Origin: Macrostomum lignano
Lineage: Eukaryota
Direction of reading: 5' to 3'
DNA length: 64,000 nucleotides
NCBI GenBank assembly: GCA_002269645.1
Contig: NIVC01000023.1
Span: 930,001-994,000, forward strand
A program made the position numbers and the translations under genes. Every line of letters begins with the position of its first letter. Within the stretch, counting starts at the first letter, position 1. The notes below the pieces were generated by a model. The model made no database searches. It was not told the origin of the DNA and worked only from the letters and a program-made list of their open reading frames with translations. Below are positions 17,180 through 27,951 of the stretch, piece after piece.

Positions 17180-20100
17180 ATGAAGCGACAGTACCAAGCA
17201 AAAGCAACAAAGCAGAAGCAGCAGCAGCAAAATTTGGAGGCCACTGAAGCCAAGCAGCTTCGTCAGGCACCGGTCGAGTTCGGTCCGTACCTGTCTGACA
17301 GACAGTGGGCCACTATTCGGGAAGACCTGTCAGCCGATGGCAGTTGCTGGGAGTTTTGCGATTTCCACCGATCCCACCGTGACCCCTACCTGGCTGGGGA
17401 GGACGGCCTGCTGGGAATTTGCGACAGCGGCTGCCGGCTGTGCTTCGCTTGGGGATTCTGGAATGGCAAAGATGCCTTTGTTAAGGTATTTGTGTCTGTT
17501 TATTTGTCTTGCTTTGTGTCTGTTTATTTGTCTTGCTTTGTGTCTGTTTAGTTGTCTTGCTTTGTGTCTGTTTATTTGTCTTGCTTTGTATCTGTTTAGT
17601 TGTCTTGCTTTGTATCTGTTTAGTTGTCTTGCTTTGTTTCTGTTTAGTTGTCTTGCTTTGTTTCTGTTTAGTTGTCTTGCTTTGTTTCTGTTTAGTTGTC
17701 TTGCTTTGTGTCTGTTTATTTGTCTTGCTTTGTGTCTGTTTAGTTGTCTTGCTTTGTGTCTGTTTAGTTGTCTTGCTTTGTGTCTGTTTAGTTGTCTTGC
17801 TTTGTGTCTGTTTAGTTGTCTTGCTTTGTGTCTGTTTATTTGTCTTGCTTTGTGTCTGTTTATTTGTCTTGCTTTGTGTCTGTTTATTTGTCTTGCTTTG
17901 TGTCTGTTTATTTGTCTTGCTTTGTGTCTGTTTATTTGTCTTGCTTTGTGTCTGTTTATTTGTCTTGCTTTGTGTCTGTTTATTTGTCTTGCTTTGTGTC
18001 TGTTTAGTTGTCTTGCTTTGTGTCTGTTTATTTGTCTTGCTTTGTGTCTGTTTAGTTGTCTTGCTTTGTGTCTGTTTAGTTGTCTTGCTTTGTTTCTGTT
18101 TAGTTGTCTTGCTTTGTGTCTGTTTAGTTGTCTTGCTTTGTGTCTGTTTAGTTGTCTTGCTTTGTGTCTGTTTATTTGTCTTGCTTTGTGTCTGTTTATT
18201 TGTCTTGCTTTGTGTCTGTTTAGTTGTCTTGCTTTGTGTCTGTTTATTTGTCTTGCTTTGTGTCTGTTTATTTGTCTTGCTTTGTGTCTGTTTAGTTGTC
18301 TTGCTTTGTGTCTGTTTATTTGTCTTGCTTTGTGTCTGTTTAGTTGTCTTGCTTTGTTTCTGTTTAGTTGTCTTGCTTTGTGTCTGTTTAGTTGTCTTGC
18401 TTTGTGTCTGTTTAGTTGTCTTGCTTTGTGTCTGTTTATTTGTCTTGCTTTGTGTCTGTTTATTTGTCTTGCTTTGTGTCTGTTTAGTTGTCTTGCTTTG
18501 TGTCTGTTTATTTGTCTTGCTTTGTGTCTGTTTATTTGTCTTGCTTTGTGTCTGTTTAGTTGTCTTGCTTTGTGTCTGTTTATTTGTCTTGCTTTGTGTC
18601 TGTTTATTTGTCTTGCTTTGTGTCTGTTTAGTTGTCTTGCTTTGTGTCTGTTTATTTGTCTTGCTTTGTGTCTGTTTAGTTGTCTTGCTTTGTGTCTGTT
18701 TATTTGTCTTGCTTTGTGTCTGTTTATTTGTCTTGCTTTGTGTCTGTTTAGTTGTCTTGCTTTGTGTCTGTTTATTTGTCTTGCTTTGTGTCTGTTGAGG
18801 GAGACAGAAGGTCTGCGGGCACCTCTCTCTCTTTTTTAGTTGTCTTCTTCCCTTTCTCCCAAATCCCAGGAAAAACTGTTCGGCCTCACTGGCGGCGTGA
18901 GAGCTCAAGGAAATCACGGAGAAGACGTTAAAGAGGCCTACTTCTACCAGCTCAACAGTCCCAGTCATGACTACATGCGAGCCAAGTACATTTACCCTGT
19001 CGAAGCGTTTCCCTACGACCGGCTCCTGGCTGAAAATGCCAAACGATCCGTCAGAGATGACGAATTTGAAATCTACGATACTGGAGTGTTCGACAAGGGC
19101 TACTGGGAGATCTGCGTGGAATATGCCCGCGATGATGATGGCAGCGGTGGCGGCGGCGACACCGTCTGCGTGATGACCGCCAAGAACTGCAGCGATTCTG
19201 AGAGCACTCTGCATGCTTTGCCTACCGTCTGGTTTAGGTGAGATAGGGGATTAACACCTGGGTGATGGGATCTCTAATTTGGGGATTAACACCTGGGTGA
19301 TGGGATCTCTAATTAGGGGATTAACACATGGGTGATGGGATCTCTAATTAGGGGATTAACACTTGGGTGATGGGATCTCTAATTAGGGGATTAAAAACTG
19401 GGTGATAGGATCTCTAATTAGGGGATTAACACCTGGGTGATGGGATCTCTTATTAGGGGATTAACACCTGGGTGATGGGATCTCTAATTAGGGGATTAAC
19501 ACCTGGGTGATGGGATCTCTAATTAGGGGATTAACAACTGGGTGATGGGATCTCTAATTAGGGGATTAACACCTGGATCATGGGGTAAAAATTGACATCA
19601 ACACTAAGCACAATCTCTATCGTGAAAACACATCCCAGAAACACCTGGAACACAGTCTATTCTGATTCAGCCGCCACCAAGAGGGCGGACAAAGACCAGC
19701 CGAGACTCACCCGAGTAACCGGTGCTAACAAAAGCTTTCCACCAACTGTGGAATGCCGGCACCCGGAGTTGCCAACCGTTTTTGCTCAATTCAGCAACGA
19801 ATTCATGGCGGCGGATGGACCGGGAATTCTGTTCACCAGAAATGAGACTGAGGAAAAAAATGCCATATCCAGATACCTGACCGCGGCCAGGGCACAGGGT
19901 GGGTGCTGTTTGAGCTTTGACTTGTTGTACTGTACTTTTTTGCCCACTGAATCTGTCTATGCCCTCCGATAAAGCCTGTCTGCACCCTCCGATAGAGACT
20001 GTCTGTACCCTCCAATAGAGACTGTCGGTACCCTCCGATAGAGACTGTCTGTACCCTCCGATAGAGACTGTCTGCACCCTCCGATTGAGACTGTCGGTAC

Positions 20101-23100
20101 CCTCCGATAGAGACTGTCTGTACCCTCTGATAGAGACGGTCTGTACCCTCCGATAGAGACTGTCTGTACCCTCCGATAGACTGTCGGTACCCTCCGATAG
20201 AGACTGTCTGTACCCTCTGATAGAGACTGTCTGTACCCTCCGATAGAGACTGTCTGTACCCTCCGATAGAGACTGTCTGTACCCTCCGATAGAGACTGTC
20301 TGCACCCTCCGATAGAGACTGTCTGTACCCTCCGATAGAGACTGTCTGTACCCTCCGATAGACTGTCGGTACCCTCCGATAGAGACTGTCTGTACCCTCT
20401 GATAGAGACTGTCTGCACCCTCCGATAGAGACTGTCTGTACCCTCCGATAGAGACTGTCTGTACCCTCCGATAGAGACTGTCTGTACCCTCCGATAGAGA
20501 CTGTCTGTACCCTCCGATAGAGACTGTCTGCACCCTCCGATAGAGACTGTCTGCACCCTCCGATAGAGACTGTCTGTACCCTCCGATAGAGACTGTCTGT
20601 ACCCTCCGATAGAGACTGTCTGTACCCTCCGATAGAGACTGTCTGCACCCTCCGATAGAGACTGTCTGTACCCTCCGATAGAGACTGTCTGTACCCTCCG
20701 ATAGAGACTGTCTGCACCCTCCGATAGAGACTGTCTGTACCCTCCGATAGAGACTGTCTGTACCCTCCGATAGAGACTGTCTGTACCCTCCGATAGAGAC
20801 TGTCTGTACCCTCCGATAGAGACTGTCTGCACCCTCCGATAGAGACTGTCTGCACCCTCCGATAGAGACTGTCTGTACCCTCCGATAGAGACTGTCTGTA
20901 CCCTCCGATAGAGACTGTCTGCACCCTCCGATAGAGACTGTCTGTACCCTCCGATAGAGACTGTCTGTACCCTCCGATAGAGCGGTGCCGTAGCCCAGTG
21001 GTCCAGCGCAGCGCTCTGATGTGCCAGCGGCCCAGGCTCGATTCCAAGTGCAGTCACATCAATTTGGGGGTTAAATTGGAATCTCGGCTTGGCTCTGCTC
21101 GTGCAATTAACGCCCAGCTTGAGGGCCAACCCCAAAGGCACAGTGAAGTGTACATGCCTAGCTAGAAGCTAGAAGCTAGAAGTCAATCTATTTTTTGTCT
21201 TAGTTAATCTCAAAATTCAGATAAGAGAGTTTATCCCTAATTCACGCAGATAGTTTTCACCGTCATTTCACATTCGCTTTCCCCATCTTAAACACCCTCA
21301 GACCGCCCCCGCCTGCCCCGCGACGCGGGCAGCAAGTGCAGCTCCGTGCACCAGTTGACCCTGGCACCCGGAGCCGCCGCCAGTGTCTGTGTTCGCTTAT
21401 CCAACCGGCCGCAATCCCGCCCAGTTCCGCTGTTGGTTACTAACGAGCTGGTTGCTAGGCAGCGAGCTAAAACCGAAGCATTCTATGCCAAGGTTTTAGA
21501 CTGGCTGCCTGAAAGTTATCATCCCAGCAGCGACTTGGCTGAGATCTGCCGGCTGGCTTACTCTGGCCTGCTGTGGAGCAAGCAGTACTATGAGTACAGG
21601 CCAACCAGGTACTTGAAGTGCAGGGAGGCTGCCGGTATCAGGAATGCTTTCAGGTGAGAGGCGAGTTTGTTATGCTATTCATTATAATTTGTAAAGAGAT
21701 GAGATTTTGATCAAATCTGATTGTAGATGAATGAGATTTTGATCAAATCTGATTGTAGATTAATGAGATTTTGATTAAATCTGATTGTAGATTAATGAGA
21801 TTTTGATCAACTCTGATTGTAGATTAATGAGATTTTGATCAAATCTGATTGCAGATGAATGAGATTTTGATCAAATCTGATTGTAAATGAATGAGATTTT
21901 GATCCAATCTGATTGTAGAGGGGTGAGATTTTGATCAAATCTGATTGTAGATGAATGAGATTTTGATCCAATCTGATTGTAGAGGGGTGAGATTTTGATC
22001 AAATCTGATTGTAGATGAATGAGATTTTGATCAAATCTGATTGTAGATTAATGAGATTTTGATCAAATCTGATTGTAGATGAATGAGATTTTGATCAAAT
22101 CTGATTGTAGATTAATGAGATTTTGATCCAATCTGATTGTAGATTAATGAGATTTTGATCAAATCTGATTGTAGATGAATGAGATTTTGATCCAATCTGA
22201 TTGTAGAGGGGTGAGATTTTGATCAAATCTGATTGTAGAGGGGTGAGATTTTGATCAAATCTGATTGTAGATTAATGAGATTTTGATCAAATCTGATTGT
22301 AGATTAATGAGATTTTGATCAAATCTGATTGTAGATGAATGAGATTTTGATCAAATCTGATTGTAGATTAATGAGATTTTGATCAAATCTGATTGTAGAT
22401 GAATGAGATTTTGATCAAATCTGATTGTAGATTAATGAGATTTTGATTAAATCTGATTGTAGATGAATGAGATTTTGATCAAATCTGATTGTAGATGAAT
22501 GAGATTTTGATTAAATCTGATTGTAGATGAATGAGATTTTGATCAAATCTGATTGTAGATTAATGAGATTTTGATCAAATCTGATTGCAGATGAATGAGA
22601 TTTTGATCAACTCTGATTGTAGATTAATGAGATTTTGATCAAATCTGATTGTAGATTAATGAGATTTTGATCAAATCTGATTGTAGATTAATGAGATTTT
22701 GATCAAATCTGATTGTAGATGAATGAGATTTTGATCAAATATGTTTTTAGATGAATGAGATTTTGATCAAATCTGTTTGTAGATAGAAGAGATTTTGATC
22801 AAATCTGATTGTAGATAAAAGAGATTTTGATCAAATCTGACTGTCGTAGAGGGGTGAGATTTTACTCAAATTTGTTTGTAGAAGGGTGAGATTTGGATCA
22901 AATCTATTTTTAGATAGGTGAGACTGTGATCAGATCTGTTTGTAGAGAGGTGAGATTTCGAAAGCCTCCTATTTGTAGAGATTGGGATTTCAATAACCTC
23001 AAACACAAACAATTTTTTTACTCAAGAGTCTGGAGCCCGCATCCTATCTAATCCGCCAGGTGGAACCCCCACGGCTGGGAGCACCTGGACAATGCCGACA

Positions 23101-26100
23101 TTCTCAGCATGCCGGACAAATGGGAATTCCCCTGGTACGCCTCCTGGGACACCGGTTTCCAGGCCGCAGTGTTGGCTGACGTCGACCCGGACTTTGCCAA
23201 GGCCCAGCTGGAGCTCATGCTCAGCGATCGGTACATGTCGCCTGAGGGACAGGTGAGCGGGTGGGCCACTCAGCTTGTTGAGGCAGCCGACTCAGTTGAG
23301 CACACTCAGTTAATCAATCATATATTCAGTCACACACTCAGTTACACACTCAGTTACACGCTCAGTCACACACTCAGTCACACACTCAGTTACACGCTCA
23401 GTCACACACTCAGTCACACACTCAGTTACACGCTCAGTCACACACTCAGTTACACGCTCAGTCACACACTCAATCGCTCAGTCACACGCTCAGTCCCATA
23501 CTCAGTCACACATTCAGTCACACACTCAGTCACACACTCAATCATTCAGTCACGCACTCAGTCACACATTCAGTCACACTCAGTTACACACTCAGTTACA
23601 CACTCAATCATTCAGTCCCATACTCAGTCACACATTCAGTCACACACTCAATCATTCAGTCACACACTCAGTCACACATTCAGTCACACTCAGTTACACA
23701 CTCAGTTACACACTCAATCATTCAGTCACACACTCAGTCACACATTCAGTCACACTCAGTCACACACTCAGTTACACGCTCAGTCACACACTCAGTTACA
23801 CACTCAGTTACACGCTCAGTCACACACTCAGTTACACGCTCAGTCACACACTCAATCGCTCAGTCACACGCTCAGTCCCATACTCAGTCACACATTCAGT
23901 CACACATTGTCACACATTGTCACACATTGTCACACACTCAGTCACACTCAATCATTCAGTCACACACTCAGTCACACACTCAGTCACACTCAATCATTCA
24001 GTCACACACTCAGTCACACATTCAGTCACACACTCAATCATTCCGTCTCCAACTCAGTCTCTAACCTCCCCAAAAAACTCAGGTTCCCGGCTGCGAGTTC
24101 AACTACAGCGACGAGAACCCGCCAGTGCTGGCCTGGTCGGCATACGAAGTGTTCAAATCCACTGGCGACCTGGACTTTGCGCGCAGGATTTATCCGCGCC
24201 TGAAGCTGAACTTCGCCTGGTGGCTGCGGCATCGCCGAGTGGCGTCGCAATGCTCCGCAGACGACTCGGAGTCGGACGCCGTATACTTTAAAAGCGGCTT
24301 CCTAGGCATGGACAATATCTGCGCAATTGACAGGTCGCGAGTGCCGGACAATTGTCGGATTTATCAGGCCGACGCCTACGCTTGGGTGTTCGCTACCGGC
24401 CTGCACTGCCTCCGATTGGCTGCGGCCGCTGGCCAATCAGATTCCGAGCTCTGCTATTGGCTGGACTGGCTGGCCAGGCTGCAGCGGGGCTTCCGACACT
24501 TCGACGATGCCGAAGGATTCTGCTTTGATATACTCGAGGAGAGAGGAGCGGACGGGGTGTGGCGGCGGACCCATGTTCGAATCCTGTCCATGGTGGGCCT
24601 GATGCCGCTGACTGCCGTTATGGACTTCGACTGGAGCGACTTGGCTGGCAGGGAGGCGGTTGCTGATGCGATTGACAGGTGCGAAAGCATTCAGCCTAAT
24701 TTGATAACTTAGCGCTCAATTTTTGTTCTTTGTTTGGCGCCACAGCCACGAATTTGGCGCCGCTGTACCTAACTGGCGGTATTGCACATAATTAGGCGCC
24801 ACTGTACTCAATTCAGTTCCACTGTACTCAATTTAGTGCCACTGTACTCAATTCAGTTCCACTGTACTCAATTTAGTGCCACTGTACTCAATTTAGTGCC
24901 ATTGTACTCAATTTAGTGCCACTGTACTCAATTTAGTGCCACTGTACTCAATTCAGTTCCACTGTACTCAATTTAGTGCCACTGTACTCAATTCAGTTCC
25001 ACTGTACTCAATTTAGTGCCACTGTACTCAATTTAGTGCCATTGTACTCAATTTAGTGCCACTGTACTCAATTTAGTGCCACTGTACTCAATTTAGTGCT
25101 TCTGTACTCAATTCCCAATTTGGTGCCACTGTACTCAATTTAGTGCCACTGTACTCAATTTAGTGCCACTGTACTCAATTTAGTGCTTCTGTACTCAATT
25201 TAGTGCCACTGTACTCAATTTAGTGCCACTGTACTCAATTTAGTGCCACTGTACTCAATTTAGTGCCACTGTACTCAATTTAGTGCTTCTGTACTCAATT
25301 TAGTGCCACTGTACTCAATCTGGCGTCCATGTGGCACGAGTACAGCATCAGTTCACAATTCAACAAAAAACTTCCAGGTGCGGCCTTCGCGTTGAACGAC
25401 CTGGCAACAGTGGGAGCCGCTGCTTGGTGTCTCTGCTGAACAGCAGGCAGTGGGTGAAAGTCTTCGAGCGGCTGTTCCCGCTGCGGGAGGGCCCCGCAGA
25501 CTGCTCCGATGCTGACGAAGGATTTCTGGGTGAGCTGGGTGGCCTTTACTCAGACTCAGAACTCCCTGGCCTTGGCGCCACACTCAGAACTCCCTGGCCT
25601 TGGCGCCACATTCAGAACTCCCTGGCCTTGGCGCCACACTCAGAACTCCCTGGCCTTGGCGCCACACTCAGAACTCCCTGGCCTTGGCGCCACACTCAGA
25701 ATTCCCTAGACATTGGCGCCATACTCAGAATTCCCTAGACATTGGCGCCACACTCAGAATTCCGACATTTGCGCCACACTCAGAATTCCCTAGACATTGG
25801 CGCCACACTCAGAATTCCGACATTTGCGCCACACTCAGAATTCCCTAGACATTGGCGCCAGGCTCAGAATTCCCTAGACACTGGCGCCAGACTCAAAATC
25901 GGTTCTTACAGCGCTTAGGTCCCTTCGTCATTGTGCTATATTTGCTTACAACAATAAAAGCACAGAAATACTCCAACTTGCCTACTCATTAGTAGAAAAG
26001 TACGAAAAAAAATAAACCAATTTATAACCAATGAAAACTACAAAATCGCAACCCCACAAGGACCCTACGGGGTACGCATGGTGTCTCGCTGGCACCGGAA

Positions 26101-26703
26101 GCACCCGGTGACGCTGGCTCAGTCCACGTTAAACTACGAGCCGGGCGAGTCTCGCACCGGGATGTACGGCGGCAACAGCAACTGGCGCGGCCCGGTGTGG
26201 CTCTGCATGAACTACCTGCTGGTGCAGGCGGCGCTAAGGGTGCACAAAGGCGGCCGACCCGATCCCCGGCTGCGTCGCTTTGCCAGACAAGTCTGCGAAC
26301 GAGTGCTGTCAATCTTTGTTGGCAAACACGACGGCGTAGATGGTAATTACCTGACGATTAGAAAGTCCGGGCCGCTGTGTTTAGCTACACTTAGCTACAC
26401 TAACACCGTGTTAGCGTGTATATGAGTGCCTGAGTATAGTATCTAACCAACTCTGTCTCATTGCAAGTTTCTATTTCTATACCGTATTCTCTAGGCCAGA
26501 CTGCTGCGACTAACCGACGACGACCGCTGCACGGGGAGGCTAAAGAGTTCGCTAGCCAGTGGCGCGGTGCGGAGTTCGCCCTGTTCTACGAGTACTTCCA
26601 CGGCGACACGGGGCGAGGCTGCGGTGCCAGCCATCAGACTGGATGGACCGCTCTGGTGGTGAAGTTTGCGCAGACTCTGCACAAGAGACTGGTGGCCGAG
26701 TGA
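17180..26703 (+). CDS. MGH1-like / GH63 (alpha/alpha)6 glucosidase of bacterial and fungal (YMR196W) type, ~905 aa; exons 17180-17485, 18870-19237, 19639-19898, 21302-21653, 23060-23252, 24083-24678, 25378-25529, 26061-26342, 26495-26703
   Basis: Family motifs in order: GPYLSDRQWATIRED, GEDGLLGICD, FWNGKD..|EKLFGLT..QGNHGEDVKEAYFY, FPYDRLLAEN, LPTVWFR|NTW, LLWSKQYY, DILSMPDKWEFPWYASWD, GQ|VPGCEFNYSDENPP, GFLGMDNI, PYGVRMVSRWH, NSNWRGPVW, FYEYFHGDTGRGCGASHQTGWT. Eight GT-AG introns with consistent phases; exons sum to 2718 nt. Confidence 0.9.
17486..18795. repeat. 24-bp minisatellite (TTTGTGTCTGTTTA[T/G]TTGTCTTGC), ~54 units, GH63 intron 1
   Basis: Begins at the donor GT; source of the 429-577-aa spurious ORFs. 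Confidence 0.97.
19246..19580. repeat. 35-bp minisatellite (GGGGATTAACACCTGGGTGATGGGATCTCTAATTA), GH63 intron 2
   Basis: Visible directly. Confidence 0.95.
19960..20982. repeat. 23-bp minisatellite (TACCCTCCGATAGAGACTGTCTG), GH63 intron 3
   Basis: Visible directly; ends at a SINE 5' end. Confidence 0.95.
20984..21120 (+). mobile_element. tRNA-derived SINE (family 2), GH63 intron 3
   Basis: A box TAGCCCAGTGG (20991-21001) and B box GGCTCGATTCC (21035-21045). A near-identical ~100-bp body recurs at 46477-46577. Confidence 0.7.
21697..22970. repeat. 32-bp minisatellite (GAGATTTTGATCAAATCTGATTGTAGAT[G/T]AAT), GH63 intron 4
   Basis: Visible directly; unit contains the palindrome TTTGATCAAA. Confidence 0.95.
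23310..24045. repeat. ~12-bp degenerate repeat (CAGTCACACACT), GH63 intron 5
   Basis: Visible directly. Confidence 0.9.
24790..25320. repeat. 20-bp minisatellite (ACTGTACTCAATTTAGTGCC), GH63 intron 6
   Basis: Visible directly. Confidence 0.95.
25553..25880. repeat. 28-bp minisatellite (ACTCCCTGGCCTTGGCGCCACACTCAGA), GH63 intron 7
   Basis: Visible directly. Confidence 0.95.
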
Positions 26704-26719
26704 CTGGGTTGTCCACTAG

Positions 26720-27310
26720 GTGTGACAATATACTGGATTCAGTTCCAGGTGTGACAATTATAGCTGGATTCAGTTCCAGGTGTGACAATTATAGCTGGAT
26801 TCAGTTCCGGGTGTGACAATTATAGCTGGATTCAGTTCCAGGTGTGACAATTATAGCTGGATTCAGTTCCAGGTGTGACAATTATAGCTGGATTCAGTTC
26901 CAGGTGTGACAATTATAGCTGGATTCAGTTCCAGGTGTGACAATTATAGCTGGATTCAGTTCCGGGTGTGACAATTATAGCTGGATTCAGTTCCAGGTGT
27001 GACAATTATAGCTGGATTCAGTTCCAGGTGTGACAATTATAGCTGGATTCAGTTCCGGGTGTGACAATTATAGCTGGATTCAGTTCCAGGTGTGACAATT
27101 ATAGCTGGATTTAGTTCCAGGTGTGACAATTATAGCTGGATTCAGTTCCAGGTGTGACAATTATAGCTGGATTCAGTTCCGGGTGTGACAATTATAGCTG
27201 GATTCAGTTCCAGGTGTGACAATTAGATAAGCTCAGTTCCAGGTGTGACAATTAGATAGGCCCAGTTTTAGGTGTGACAATTAGATAGGCCCAGTTCCAG
27301 GTGTGTGACA
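26720..27310. repeat. 31-bp minisatellite (GGTGTGACAATTATAGCTGGATTCAGTTCCA) just after the GH63 stop codon
   Basis: About 19 units visible. Confidence 0.95.
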
Positions 27311-27951
27311 ATTACAGCGCTATTAGTTGTGTGAATTAACTTTTAGCAACGCACAACTAACAATATTGTTAATCAAGAAACACTTTATACTACTGAAAGC
27401 AGTAGCACTACTGTTTTACATTATTCATCAATGCGAATAAACTTGCTCAATGCTGCTGTTTTTAACAAAAGCTTTTTTAGTTTTGCTAATGCTGTCCTAA
27501 GAAATAATCTTAGCTTTTAACTTCTCTATGATTTATAATCATTATAATAAAAATAATCACACCAATTCGTTCAAGACACTTGTTGACTGTTGAGAAAATA
27601 TCGATACTTAGCCATTGCATAATAATTGTCCCAGTGTATTTCGACTATAATAGCCTTGTGATTGTGAGAAGAGAACATAGAAATTTATATTAAATTTAAA
27701 TGCTAACAATAACGACAAAAGGGAATTAAAAATGTAAGCAATATAAAAGCACTTTAAAGTAGAAAAATTCGCTTTGAACTACTAGGAGTAGAAGAAAAAA
27801 CTTATTAATTGCAAGTCAATTTTGGCCTACTTTTAGTAGCAAAAAACTGACTTTTTGGTTGAATTGTAGAAAAATGCGTAAAATTTTAATTTATACTACT
27901 GACCAGCTCGAATTAAGTAGAAAGTTAAGAAAATATCGTTATTAAAATGAT

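Noticed and set aside
17337-19214. 429-577-aa ORFs (CLALCLFI, TQSKTNKQ, LCVCLFVL repeats)
   Set aside because: Read-through of the 24-bp array in GH63 intron 1; a unit length divisible by 3 keeps several frames open.
19667-21141. 288-404-aa minus-strand ORFs (YRRVQTVSIGG repeats)
   Set aside because: Frame-cycling translation of a 23-bp intronic array, antisense to the GH63 gene.
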